From sequence record CP104424.1: a DNA stretch of 64,000 nucleotides; one strand, 5' to 3'. Position 1 is the stretch's first letter; the number at the start of each line of letters is the position of its first letter. Shown piece after piece: positions 10,489-18,621 of this stretch. A program made the position numbers and the translations under genes. The stretch is from a plasmid. Under the pieces are notes generated by a model, which saw only the letters and a list, made by a program, of their open reading frames with translations, had not been told where the DNA came from and did no database searches.

Positions 10489-10672
10489 CATGACGATTGC
10501 AGAACGTCTTATACAGAAAGGTTTCGACGAGGGTTTTAAACAAGGGGCTCTAGAAGTGGCGCGGGAAATAGCCTGCCGGCTTCGGGATATAGGCTGGCCG
10601 CCGGAACGGATTCAGGAGGTCACGGGACTTTCCGGTGAAGAACTGAAAAAGCTGTTTCCTGATGAGCAGTAG
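10489..10672 (+). CDS. standalone Rpn C-terminal domain fragment (60 aa)
   Basis: MTIAERLIQKGFDEGFKQGALEVAREIACRLRDIGWPPERIQEVTGLSGEELKKL parallels the C-terminal 60 aa of the upstream Rpn (MTIAERLEQKGRQEGALEKALAIACQLQKMGMTPEQIKQATGLSDDELKKI). Confidence 0.4.
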
Positions 10673-10702
10673 CCTGGCATTCAGCCAGGCTGTGAATCAC
10701 GC

Positions 10703-10954
10703 TCACACATTCCCTGCCGTTTCCCCCAGTTCATTTTCCAGTCGCCTGATGATATCTGCCTTACGCATCCCCTGCATGTGAGGCAGCAGGTCACGGACTG
10801 AAAGTGCCTGGGTGGTCCTCCAGACGGTGACGTCCACCTGTTCCGCATTTTCCCAGGCGTGCCATGTTCTCTGTGTCACGCCAAATTCTCTGGCCGCTTT
10901 TTCGCGTGACCAGAGCATGCTTTTTCGCCAGATTCGCAGTTCCCAGCCGGTCAT
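10703..10954 (-). CDS. XRE-type HTH DNA-binding protein (83 aa)
   Basis: LWSREKAAREFGVTQRTWHAWE is an XRE/Cro-like helix-turn-helix; start faces palindromic operator pair. Confidence 0.55.
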   Translation of the reverse strand: MTGWELRIWRKSMLWSREKAAREFGVTQRTWHAWENAEQVDVTVWRTTQALSVRDLLPHMQGMRKADIIRRLENELGETAGNV

Positions 10955-10965
10955 AAAATACCTTT

Positions 10966-11057
10966 GAAAAAGTGAAAAAACTTCACTTTATTTTATCACC
11001 ATAATCACCAAATCAGCGCGAAAAATAAGTGTGAAAAAGTGAAGAAACTTCACTTTT
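10966..11057. promoter_or_regulatory. two identical palindromic operators in the promoter region of the HTH gene
   Basis: aaagtgaa-aaaac-ttcacttt (10968-10988) and aaagtgaa-gaaac-ttcacttt (11035-11055); perfect 8-bp arms, centres ~67 bp apart. Confidence 0.55.
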
Positions 11058-11159
11058 TTTGATTGTGGATGTCGTGCGGTTTTCTCTGTTTTCACCTGTG
11101 CGGGAGTGGTGCGCCAGTGACCACCACATGCCATTGTTGTGCCGTCGTTTTTCTTCAGT

Positions 11160-11525
11160 CACGCCGGATGCGGCGCTCCCTGCACACCTTACGGTGTGTA
11201 AGGCCACTGCGCCTGATGGCGCAGCTGTCTCTGCCTGTCTGCCGCCGCACTGCGGCCTGTTCTCCGCAGACGGACTTTCCGGGGGTACATACATGACCAC
11301 ATCCCGTTTCAGTCGTCCAGGGGAGAGATGTACCAGCCACAAAACTTTTTGCCGCAGGCGTCAAAAACTTTTGCGTCTGCCCCCGGACAACTGCCCCGTG
11401 ACGTGGTGAGCGTCCCCCGTCGGAAAGGTCCACTGCGGGGAAATCCCCGAAGACCCGGACGGCAGAAGGAGCTTCGCTCCTCCGGGAAATGACCTGGCTG
11501 ACCCGGCAGTCGTGACGATGAGGAG
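11160..11525 (+). promoter_or_regulatory. Frpo/ssi-type repeat, copy 3 (3-prime two-thirds only) upstream of DUF4942 gene
   Basis: Shares ...ctgcgctccctgcacacct.acggtgtgt.agg..actgcgcctgatggcgcag... and downstream gtccaggggagagatgtaccagccacaaaactttttgccgca.gcgtcaaaaacttttgcgtctgcccccggacaactgccccgtg with copy 2. Confidence 0.55.
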
Positions 11526-11530
11526 ACAAT

Positions 11531-12382
11531 GTGATGAATCAGACTTTACCCACTGCTGACCTGAATACTGCCGGCACGACAGATGTTATTCCGTCTGTGG
11601 CTATCGACCGCATCATCGCGCAGCGTAACGAAGGTATTGCACTGTTCATGCAGGCGATGGAATGCCTGGCGACAGCGCGCAGGATTCTGCTCGATGCGTC
11701 AGGTGATATTTTTCTTTACGGGTTTGAAGACTGCGTGACTGACTCCGTTCGATGCATGGATAAACCGGAAGAAGCAAAAAAGAATATCACCCGTCTTGCC
11801 GATCGGAAAATCTGGGATCGCCTGATGACGGATACTGGCATGTACACCTTCATGAGTTCATGCCAGCGTGATGAGTGGAACAGCCAGCTGATGAGCGACA
11901 CCTGTCCTGAAATCACCCTGGACAATGTACTGGCAACATTCCGCCATCTGAATGCCAGCAAGATGCAGACATTTGAACAGGGACTGATTGATGTCTACCG
12001 GAAATTGTCATGGGATTACAGAACCAATAATCCCTGCCGTCTGGGTAAGAAAATCATTATTGAAAACCTGCTGTACCGCTGGAGTAACGGGCGTGTGACG
12101 ATGGACTGCAGCGGACGGGAGGCACTGGATGACCTGGTACGTCCGTTTTATCTGCTGGAGGCGCGCAACGTTCCTGACTTCAGGAACAGCATCGGGGCGC
12201 AGTATGGTGAATTTCTCGGGAACGGCGACAATGTCGGTAAGCTATTAGAAGGGGAATATTTTACGGTGCGTGGCTACCAGAAAGGGACCGTACACATTGT
12301 CTTTAAGCGTCCTGACCTTGTTGAAAAACTGAATGATATTATTGCACGGCATTATCCTGGTGCATTGCCGCCACGAGTCTGA
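11531..12382 (+). CDS. DUF4942-like leading-region protein (283 aa)
   Basis: Large conserved ORF directly after ssi copy 3; last leading gene before oriT as in F/IncI (orf273-like position). Confidence 0.7.
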   Translation: MMNQTLPTADLNTAGTTDVIPSVAIDRIIAQRNEGIALFMQAMECLATARRILLDASGDIFLYGFEDCVTDSVRCMDKPEEAKKNITRLADRKIWDRLMTDTGMYTFMSSCQRDEWNSQLMSDTCPEITLDNVLATFRHLNASKMQTFEQGLIDVYRKLSWDYRTNNPCRLGKKIIIENLLYRWSNGRVTMDCSGREALDDLVRPFYLLEARNVPDFRNSIGAQYGEFLGNGDNVGKLLEGEYFTVRGYQKGTVHIVFKRPDLVEKLNDIIARHYPGALPPRV

Positions 12383-12392
12383 TTAAACAGAA

Positions 12393-12425
12393 AAGCCCTG
12401 GTATTTATGCCGGGGCTTTTTTTTC
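12393..12425. terminator. bidirectional rho-independent terminator
   Basis: aaaagccctggtatttatgccggggcttttttttctg. Confidence 0.6.
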
Positions 12426-12467
12426 TGTAATCATCATAATCTCAGAACACGATGTGACATTGTCACA

Positions 12468-12809
12468 TCAATTGTTGTTCATATCGATGCCATCTTTCCT
12501 GCCTGAATCTGTCTTTTTAGGTGCTGTTTTAGAGGAAGAACGGCGGGATAGTTTTTTCGATTCTGCTTCCCGAATAATGTCACGAAGTGCCTTCTCTCCT
12601 ACTTCATACCCTGCATTTTTGAGCGTGTCACGAACATCTGCCAGTGTATAACCCTTAGTCCTTACCAGGACAATGATGTCATCACGAATGGCATCAAGAA
12701 AATCACGCAATGTTTTCCGTTGAGCGGTGAGATCTGGCAATTCCGATAAAGCAGCTTTTGCCAGCTGGATGTCATCATCTGAGTAAAATTTTTTAGAAGC
12801 CATTGGCAC
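12468..12809 (-). CDS. hypothetical small basic protein (113 aa) adjacent to oriT
   Basis: MASKKFYSDDDIQLAKAALSEL...; lysine-rich C-terminus; stop overlaps perfect 9-bp IR gatgtgaca-t-tgtcacatc (12451-12469). Confidence 0.5.
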   Translation of the reverse strand: MPMASKKFYSDDDIQLAKAALSELPDLTAQRKTLRDFLDAIRDDIIVLVRTKGYTLADVRDTLKNAGYEVGEKALRDIIREAESKKLSRRSSSKTAPKKTDSGRKDGIDMNNN

Positions 12810-12849
12810 TGTCTCTCCGTTTCATGTTGAAGTCTGATTTTATCATCAA

Positions 12850-13012
12850 AAACTGACTCCTGGCAGGGCTGCGCCCTGCCTCTGCCGTCTGCATAAGACT
12901 ATGATGCACAAAAATAACAGGCTATAATGGCCTGAAAAACGGGACAGGATGTGTAATCGTATAACCGCGCACGCACAGCCATCCGATTACCACCTGGTCA
13001 GGGCTGCGCCCC
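12850..13012 (-). other. oriT: origin of transfer (oriT); nick motif on the minus strand
   Basis: IR ggcagggc-tgc-gccctgcc (12862-12880); direct repeat cagggctgcgcc at 12864 and 12999; minus strand reads CACATCCTG|TCCCGTTTTT (complement of 12930-12953), matching the MOBP nick consensus YATCCTG|Y; lies immediately upstream of nikA. Confidence 0.6.
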
Positions 13013-13035
13013 GACACCCCGGTAAGGAGCAGACC

Positions 13036-13368
13036 ATGAGTGAGAAGAAAACCCGAAGTGGCAGTGAGAAACGGCAAAAGAATGTCCTCATTGCTGTTCG
13101 TTTTTCACCAGAAGAGGCTGAGATTGTTAAAGAAAAGGCAGAAAAAAACGGACTGACAGTTTCAACTCTGATAAGAAAAACTGTGCTGGGAAAACAGATA
13201 AATGCCCGCATTGATGAAGATTTTTTGAAAGAGCTGATGCGTCTTGGTCGCCTGCAGAAGCATCTGTTTGTGGAAGGAAAACGCACGGGAGATAAAGAGT
13301 ATGCAGAGGTTCTCGTTGCTATAACAGAACTTGCTAATACTCTGCGAAGAAATTTAATGGGACGCTGA
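13036..13368 (+). CDS. nikA: relaxosome accessory protein NikA (RHH, 110 aa)
   Basis: ...VRFSPEEAEIVKEKAEKNGLTVSTLIRKTVLG...LKELMRLGRLQKHLFVEGKRTGDKEYAEVL is R64 NikA-like. Confidence 0.85.
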   Translation: MSEKKTRSGSEKRQKNVLIAVRFSPEEAEIVKEKAEKNGLTVSTLIRKTVLGKQINARIDEDFLKELMRLGRLQKHLFVEGKRTGDKEYAEVLVAITELANTLRRNLMGR

Positions 13369-13379
13369 GATAATCGCTG

Positions 13380-16100
13380 ATGAATGCCATCATTCCGAAA
13401 AAAAGACGCGACGGAAAGTCTTCTTTTGAAGACCTGATTGCGTACACCTCAGTGCGGGATGATGTGCCGGAAGATGAACTCAGGCCTGACACGGAAATGA
13501 AAGCTGAGATTCCGCACCGGAACCGCTTCAGACGTCTTGTTGATTATGCAACACGTCTGCGTAATGAAAAATTTGTTTCCCTGATTGATGTGATGAAAGA
13601 CGGCAGTCAGTGGGTGAATTTCTATGGTGTGACCTGCTTTCATAACTGTTTGTCTCTTGAATCTGCGGCTGAAGAAATGCAGAAAGCAGCAGAGCTTGCT
13701 CATTTTTCCAAAGATGATACAGACCCTGTTTTTCACTATATTCTCTCCTGGCCTGCGCACGAAAGTCCGCGTTCTGAGCAGCTTTTTGACTGTGTGCGTC
13801 ACACCCTGAAATCCCTTGAGCTGTCAAAACATCAGTATGTGGCAGCCGTTCATACAGACACGGATAACCTGCATGTACATGTTGCAGTGAATCGTGTCCA
13901 CCCTGAAACCGGCTATATCAATTGCCTTCCGTGGAGCCAGGAAAAACTCAGTCGTGCATGCCGTGAACTTGAACTTAAGCACGGATTCGCGCCGGATAAT
14001 GGTTGCTTTGTACATGCACCGGGCAATCGTATTGTGCGCAAAACAGCGCTGGTACGTGAGCGCCGTAATGCCTGGCGACGCGGGAAAAAGCAGACGTTCA
14101 GGGAATATATTGATCAGATGTCGATTGCCGGGCTGCGTGAAGAGCCAGCACAGGACTGGTTATCTTTGCATAAACGGCTGGCCAGTGATGGTCTGTATAT
14201 CACGATGCAGGAAGGGGAACTGGTGGTGAAGGATGGCTGGGACAAAGCGCGGGAAGGTATTGCACTCAGTTCGTTCGGACCGTCATGGACAGCTGAAAAA
14301 CTGGGGCGGAAACTGGGGGAATATCAGCCTGTACCGACAGATATTTTCAGTCAGGTGGGGACACCCGGTCGTTATGATCCGGAAGCCATAAACGTTGATA
14401 TCCGGCCGGAAAAAGTGGCAGAAACGGAGAGTCTGAAACAGTACGCCTGCCGTCATTTTGCCGAACGCTTACCGGCAATGGCGCGCAATGGTGAACTGAA
14501 AAGCTGCCTGGCTGTACACCGTACTCTGGCAGAGGCGGGATTATGGATGGGGATTCAACACGGGCATCTGGTACTGCATGATGGATTTGATAAACAACAG
14601 ACACCAGTACGTGCAGACAGTGTGTGGCCGTTAATGACGCTGGATTACATGCAGGATCTGGATGGTGGATGGCAGCCTGTACCGAAGGATATTTTTACTC
14701 AGGTCGTTCCCGGAGAACGATTCCGGGGACACAGTATTGGCTCTCAGCCTGTCAGTGATTACGAATGGTATCGCATGAGGATGGGCACAGGTCCGCAGGG
14801 GGCTATAAAGCGTGAACTGTTTTCTGATAAGGAAAGTCTGTGGGGATACGGCCTTATTCAGTGCAGGAGCCTGATTGAAGAGATGATAGCTGACGGGGAT
14901 TTCAGCTGGCAGGCATGTCATGAGATGTTTGCACGTAAAGGGCTTATGCTGCAGAAACAGCATCATGGTCTTGTGATTGTGGATGCGTTTAATCATGAGC
15001 TGACACCGGTGAAGGCCAGCAGTATCCATCCTGATTTGACGTTATCCCGTGCCGAGCCTCAGGCCGGGCCATTTGAAATTGCGGCTGCAGATATTTTCGA
15101 ACGGGTGAAGCCTGAATGTCGTTACAATCCGGAACTTGCTGCCAGTGATGAAGTGGAGCCCGGCTTCCGGCGCGATCCTGAGATTCGTCGTGAGCGCCGT
15201 GAAGCCCGTGCAGCTGCGCGGGAAGATTTGCGTGCGCGTTATCTTGCATGGAAGGAGCACTGGCGTAAACCCGACTTACGTTACGGAGAACGGTTACGGG
15301 AAATTCATGCTGCCTGCCGTCGGCGCAAGGCGTATATCCGTGTGCAGTTCCGGGATCCACAATTGCGTAAGCTGCATTACCATATTGCGGAAGTGCAGCG
15401 TATGCAGGCGCTGATCAGGCTGAAGGAGAGTGTGAAGGAAGAGCGGTTGTCACTGATTGCGGAGGGTAAGTGGTATCCTTTGTCCTACCGGCAGTGGGTG
15501 GAACAACAGGCGGCTCAGGGAGACAGGGCTGCAGTATCGCAGTTACGTGGCTGGGATTATCGTGATCGTCGCTCGCGTAATAAGGATAAAAGACGCACAA
15601 CTAATGTTGATCGTTGTGTCGTACTCTGCGAACCCGGAGGAACGCCACTTTTTAATAATGTTGCAAAACTTGAAGCTCGTCTTCAGAAAAATGGAAGTGT
15701 TCATTTCAGGGATACGCGGACAGGAAAAAATGTCTGTACGGATTACGGAGATCGGGTTGTGTTCTACCATCACACGGACCGAAATGAACTGGCAGAGAAG
15801 CTTAATTTAATTGCGCCAGTTCTGTTCAGCCGCAACGGAAAGCTTGGTTTTGAGCCGGAAGGTTCATACCAGCAGTTTAATGATGTGTTTGCAGAAATGG
15901 TGGCCTGGCACAATGCAGCGGGAATAACCGGAAACGGACACTTCACCATTACTCGTCCGGACGTGGATTTGCACCGTCAACGCAGTGAGCAGTATTACCG
16001 GGAATATATCAGACAGCAGACCCGTTTATCGGAGAGCCATGATGATAATTATACGTTACGGCAGGAGAAAACATGGGAGCCACCATCACCTGGAATGTAA
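13380..16100 (+). CDS. nikB: relaxase NikB (MOBP, 906 aa)
   Basis: HTDTDNLHVHVAVNRVHPETG histidine triad motif; size and position as R64 NikB. Confidence 0.95.
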   Translation: MNAIIPKKRRDGKSSFEDLIAYTSVRDDVPEDELRPDTEMKAEIPHRNRFRRLVDYATRLRNEKFVSLIDVMKDGSQWVNFYGVTCFHNCLSLESAAEEMQKAAELAHFSKDDTDPVFHYILSWPAHESPRSEQLFDCVRHTLKSLELSKHQYVAAVHTDTDNLHVHVAVNRVHPETGYINCLPWSQEKLSRACRELELKHGFAPDNGCFVHAPGNRIVRKTALVRERRNAWRRGKKQTFREYIDQMSIAGLREEPAQDWLSLHKRLASDGLYITMQEGELVVKDGWDKAREGIALSSFGPSWTAEKLGRKLGEYQPVPTDIFSQVGTPGRYDPEAINVDIRPEKVAETESLKQYACRHFAERLPAMARNGELKSCLAVHRTLAEAGLWMGIQHGHLVLHDGFDKQQTPVRADSVWPLMTLDYMQDLDGGWQPVPKDIFTQVVPGERFRGHSIGSQPVSDYEWYRMRMGTGPQGAIKRELFSDKESLWGYGLIQCRSLIEEMIADGDFSWQACHEMFARKGLMLQKQHHGLVIVDAFNHELTPVKASSIHPDLTLSRAEPQAGPFEIAAADIFERVKPECRYNPELAASDEVEPGFRRDPEIRRERREARAAAREDLRARYLAWKEHWRKPDLRYGERLREIHAACRRRKAYIRVQFRDPQLRKLHYHIAEVQRMQALIRLKESVKEERLSLIAEGKWYPLSYRQWVEQQAAQGDRAAVSQLRGWDYRDRRSRNKDKRRTTNVDRCVVLCEPGGTPLFNNVAKLEARLQKNGSVHFRDTRTGKNVCTDYGDRVVFYHHTDRNELAEKLNLIAPVLFSRNGKLGFEPEGSYQQFNDVFAEMVAWHNAAGITGNGHFTITRPDVDLHRQRSEQYYREYIRQQTRLSESHDDNYTLRQEKTWEPPSPGM

Positions 16101-16207
16101 GCCCGGATAAGTGATGGTGCAAAGATTCAGCCCAAAAACGGCAGGAACCTTCGTCAATAAGGGCGGGAGTAGTCACTGAATTGAGTTTATACCCGGTTAA
16201 CTCTGAA

Positions 16208-16280
16208 TTAAGGGCCGTGTCTGCGGCCCTTATCCAGTGCGCCGTAAAACCCCGGACTTAGTGAACAGGGTTTTACAGTC
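16208..16280. terminator. convergent-gene terminator hairpins between nikB and trbC
   Basis: ttaagggccgtgtctgcggcccttatcc and gtaaaaccccggacttagtgaacagggttttac. Confidence 0.5.
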
Positions 16281-16320
16281 TGATTGACAGATATGGTCAC
16301 CAGAAAATATTTGTATTCCT

Positions 16321-18621
16321 TCAGTATTTTTCGTCAGTTGTTGGTTGTGCTCCACATGATTTCTGGGGATGATCATTATTTATTGTCTGCGATTTATTAT
16401 TTTCAGCGACCGGTAACAGTATCTCCAGGGGGAGCAGGGTATTCAGAATCACCTTCACTGAAGGTATATCTTCAGGACCGGAGTGTTCCTCTTCCGGACG
16501 ATTCAGTGTGATATAACATACCCGGCGTTCTTCCCTGGTTGTGTTATTGATAGTGTGCACAGCCTTTTTCCACAGTTCGTTTGCCCGGGATTCGATATCT
16601 GTATCATATTGCGGAAGCAGATCCAGTGATGTCTGCGCTGTTGCCAACTGGCGCTGGAATGTATCAATGATACGGTAAGGCTCTGTACGGTTTTTACGAC
16701 GTTTACGGGATGGTTTTGCTGTCAGTACACCGATGATGCTGCTGACATGCTCCGGTGTGGGGAGCCTGCGCTGCACTGTTCTGGGGACGAGACGGCGGAG
16801 ACGCTCCAGCCGGGGGGCTTCAACGGAAATATAGCGGTTGATGACCACCGGATCACTGTCGCAACTTTTCTCGCTGTCCGGAATATATACAGAGGCTGAC
16901 GGCACCACATCCCCCTGGAAAACGGTAAAGAACTCACCGGCATTCAGTCTGATCAAATCCTGCACGTCGATTTTGCTTTCCATCTGGATGGTGATCTGGT
17001 TACCGTCCACCCAGGACTCACCCATCACACCATCGTGGCGCTGCAGGCTGCCCATTCTGGCCCGTGCCTCTTCACCGGCGGCATTTTTCACCGTTCTTGC
17101 CGTTTTGTCGTCACTGACAATGCGTCCGGCGAATTTGGTGCCGGCGTTCTGCATCAGTGTGGCGGTGTTGGTGGCGGAGGTCTGCCCTTCAATTCGCTCC
17201 TGATCCTGCGCCGTCATTATCAGGGAAAACTCCAGTGAACGTACCTGGGTGGCCTCCACAGCAATGCGGTCTGTGTAGTAGGCACCGACTTCGTCAAGGA
17301 TACAGATATAGGGGAAGCTGCCTTTGTATTTTTTGACTTCCAGGGTCTGTGCATCTGTGCCTTCCAGCCGGTAGCCCAGGTCACGGGCGAGGAGCATGCT
17401 CTGCTGGGTGACGAACATACGACCGAGTGCCGACGTGGTATGAGCCGATGTGTCCAGTGCAGGGATCATCACAATCAGAATGCGGTCGCTGTGAATACTG
17501 TCGCGAATATCGATGTCGCCGGCATCTGCCGCAAAGACGTCCCCGAAGGTTTCGGCAAAGGTTGTGAACGTTTCCGAGAACTGACCGGAGAGATAAGCAT
17601 GCTGTTTACGGGGCTCCTCAGTCCAGGCTGACGGCGTTCTCACCAGTGACATATCGAATCCCGGGACATCCTGCAGGTAGTTTCGCAGTGGTGCGATAGC
17701 TTCTTCCGGCCACTGGTCATCAAGGCCACGGCAATAGAGTTTTGCCATCCCTTCCAGCGTCATATGTTCCCGTAACATCTGCAGGGACATGGTTTTACCT
17801 TCCCGGACGCACCAGAATTTTGTGCCAAAGACCAGGGCCTTGTTCATGGCTATCGCCCGTGACTGCCATTCTCCCCCCTGAACGTTCTGGGGTAGCATGG
17901 ACTGCATGGTTTCGGCGGTGAAGGCTTCTGTGCTGAATGCGAACGGGTTCCAGGTGTTTGACTGTGGGCGGGATTTTTCGCCGCTCTGAATGATTTCACT
18001 GCGGGATTTTCCGCCGTTCATGAAGTTGATAACTTCGATATCATCCTCCCTGCCAAAACGTCGGGAGAGATACCAGATTGTCCTCGTGGTATCGTTCTGT
18101 GCCTTTCCGTCAACAAAGGTAAAGCCTCTTCCCCAGCAGAGCGGGTTGAGCAGCCAGGCAAAGGTGGTTTCTGTTTTACCGCCACCGGTGGTGGCAAAAA
18201 ACATGACATGCCGGGTGAGGTCATCCATGCTCAGCCAGAGCTCACGACCGATATCGTTGATACGGCGGTAACCGACATAAAAAATCCCCCGGGCGGGGAA
18301 TGTTTCATCCGCTTCATACTGAAACAGGGTGGGCCAGAAGCTGAAGAGGCTTCTCCTGACCTTTCTGTCCTGGGAGGGGTCATCAAGGCTGAGTGTCATG
18401 GGCATACGCAGGGGGCATCGCCAGCGTTGCAGCATGAATATCACGGAGGTGACCAGGGTGAACAGCAGGCAGACAGGAAGGGCCAGTGGCCATATCAGCG
18501 CCGTAATGATACTGCCGGCCAGACACAGACCAGTGATGTTCAGGTTATGCAGTGCATTCCACAACGGGTTTCCCCAGGCCGTGCGGTGTATGAGGTCAGG
18601 ATTAACGTGGTGCTGGCTCAT
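16321..18621 (-). CDS. trbC: TrbC, DotL/IcmO-like type IV coupling ATPase (766 aa)
   Basis: Walker A FATTGGGKTETT; N-terminal TM segments; size as R64 TrbC (763 aa). Confidence 0.9.
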   Translation of the reverse strand: MSQHHVNPDLIHRTAWGNPLWNALHNLNITGLCLAGSIITALIWPLALPVCLLFTLVTSVIFMLQRWRCPLRMPMTLSLDDPSQDRKVRRSLFSFWPTLFQYEADETFPARGIFYVGYRRINDIGRELWLSMDDLTRHVMFFATTGGGKTETTFAWLLNPLCWGRGFTFVDGKAQNDTTRTIWYLSRRFGREDDIEVINFMNGGKSRSEIIQSGEKSRPQSNTWNPFAFSTEAFTAETMQSMLPQNVQGGEWQSRAIAMNKALVFGTKFWCVREGKTMSLQMLREHMTLEGMAKLYCRGLDDQWPEEAIAPLRNYLQDVPGFDMSLVRTPSAWTEEPRKQHAYLSGQFSETFTTFAETFGDVFAADAGDIDIRDSIHSDRILIVMIPALDTSAHTTSALGRMFVTQQSMLLARDLGYRLEGTDAQTLEVKKYKGSFPYICILDEVGAYYTDRIAVEATQVRSLEFSLIMTAQDQERIEGQTSATNTATLMQNAGTKFAGRIVSDDKTARTVKNAAGEEARARMGSLQRHDGVMGESWVDGNQITIQMESKIDVQDLIRLNAGEFFTVFQGDVVPSASVYIPDSEKSCDSDPVVINRYISVEAPRLERLRRLVPRTVQRRLPTPEHVSSIIGVLTAKPSRKRRKNRTEPYRIIDTFQRQLATAQTSLDLLPQYDTDIESRANELWKKAVHTINNTTREERRVCYITLNRPEEEHSGPEDIPSVKVILNTLLPLEILLPVAENNKSQTINNDHPQKSCGAQPTTDEKY

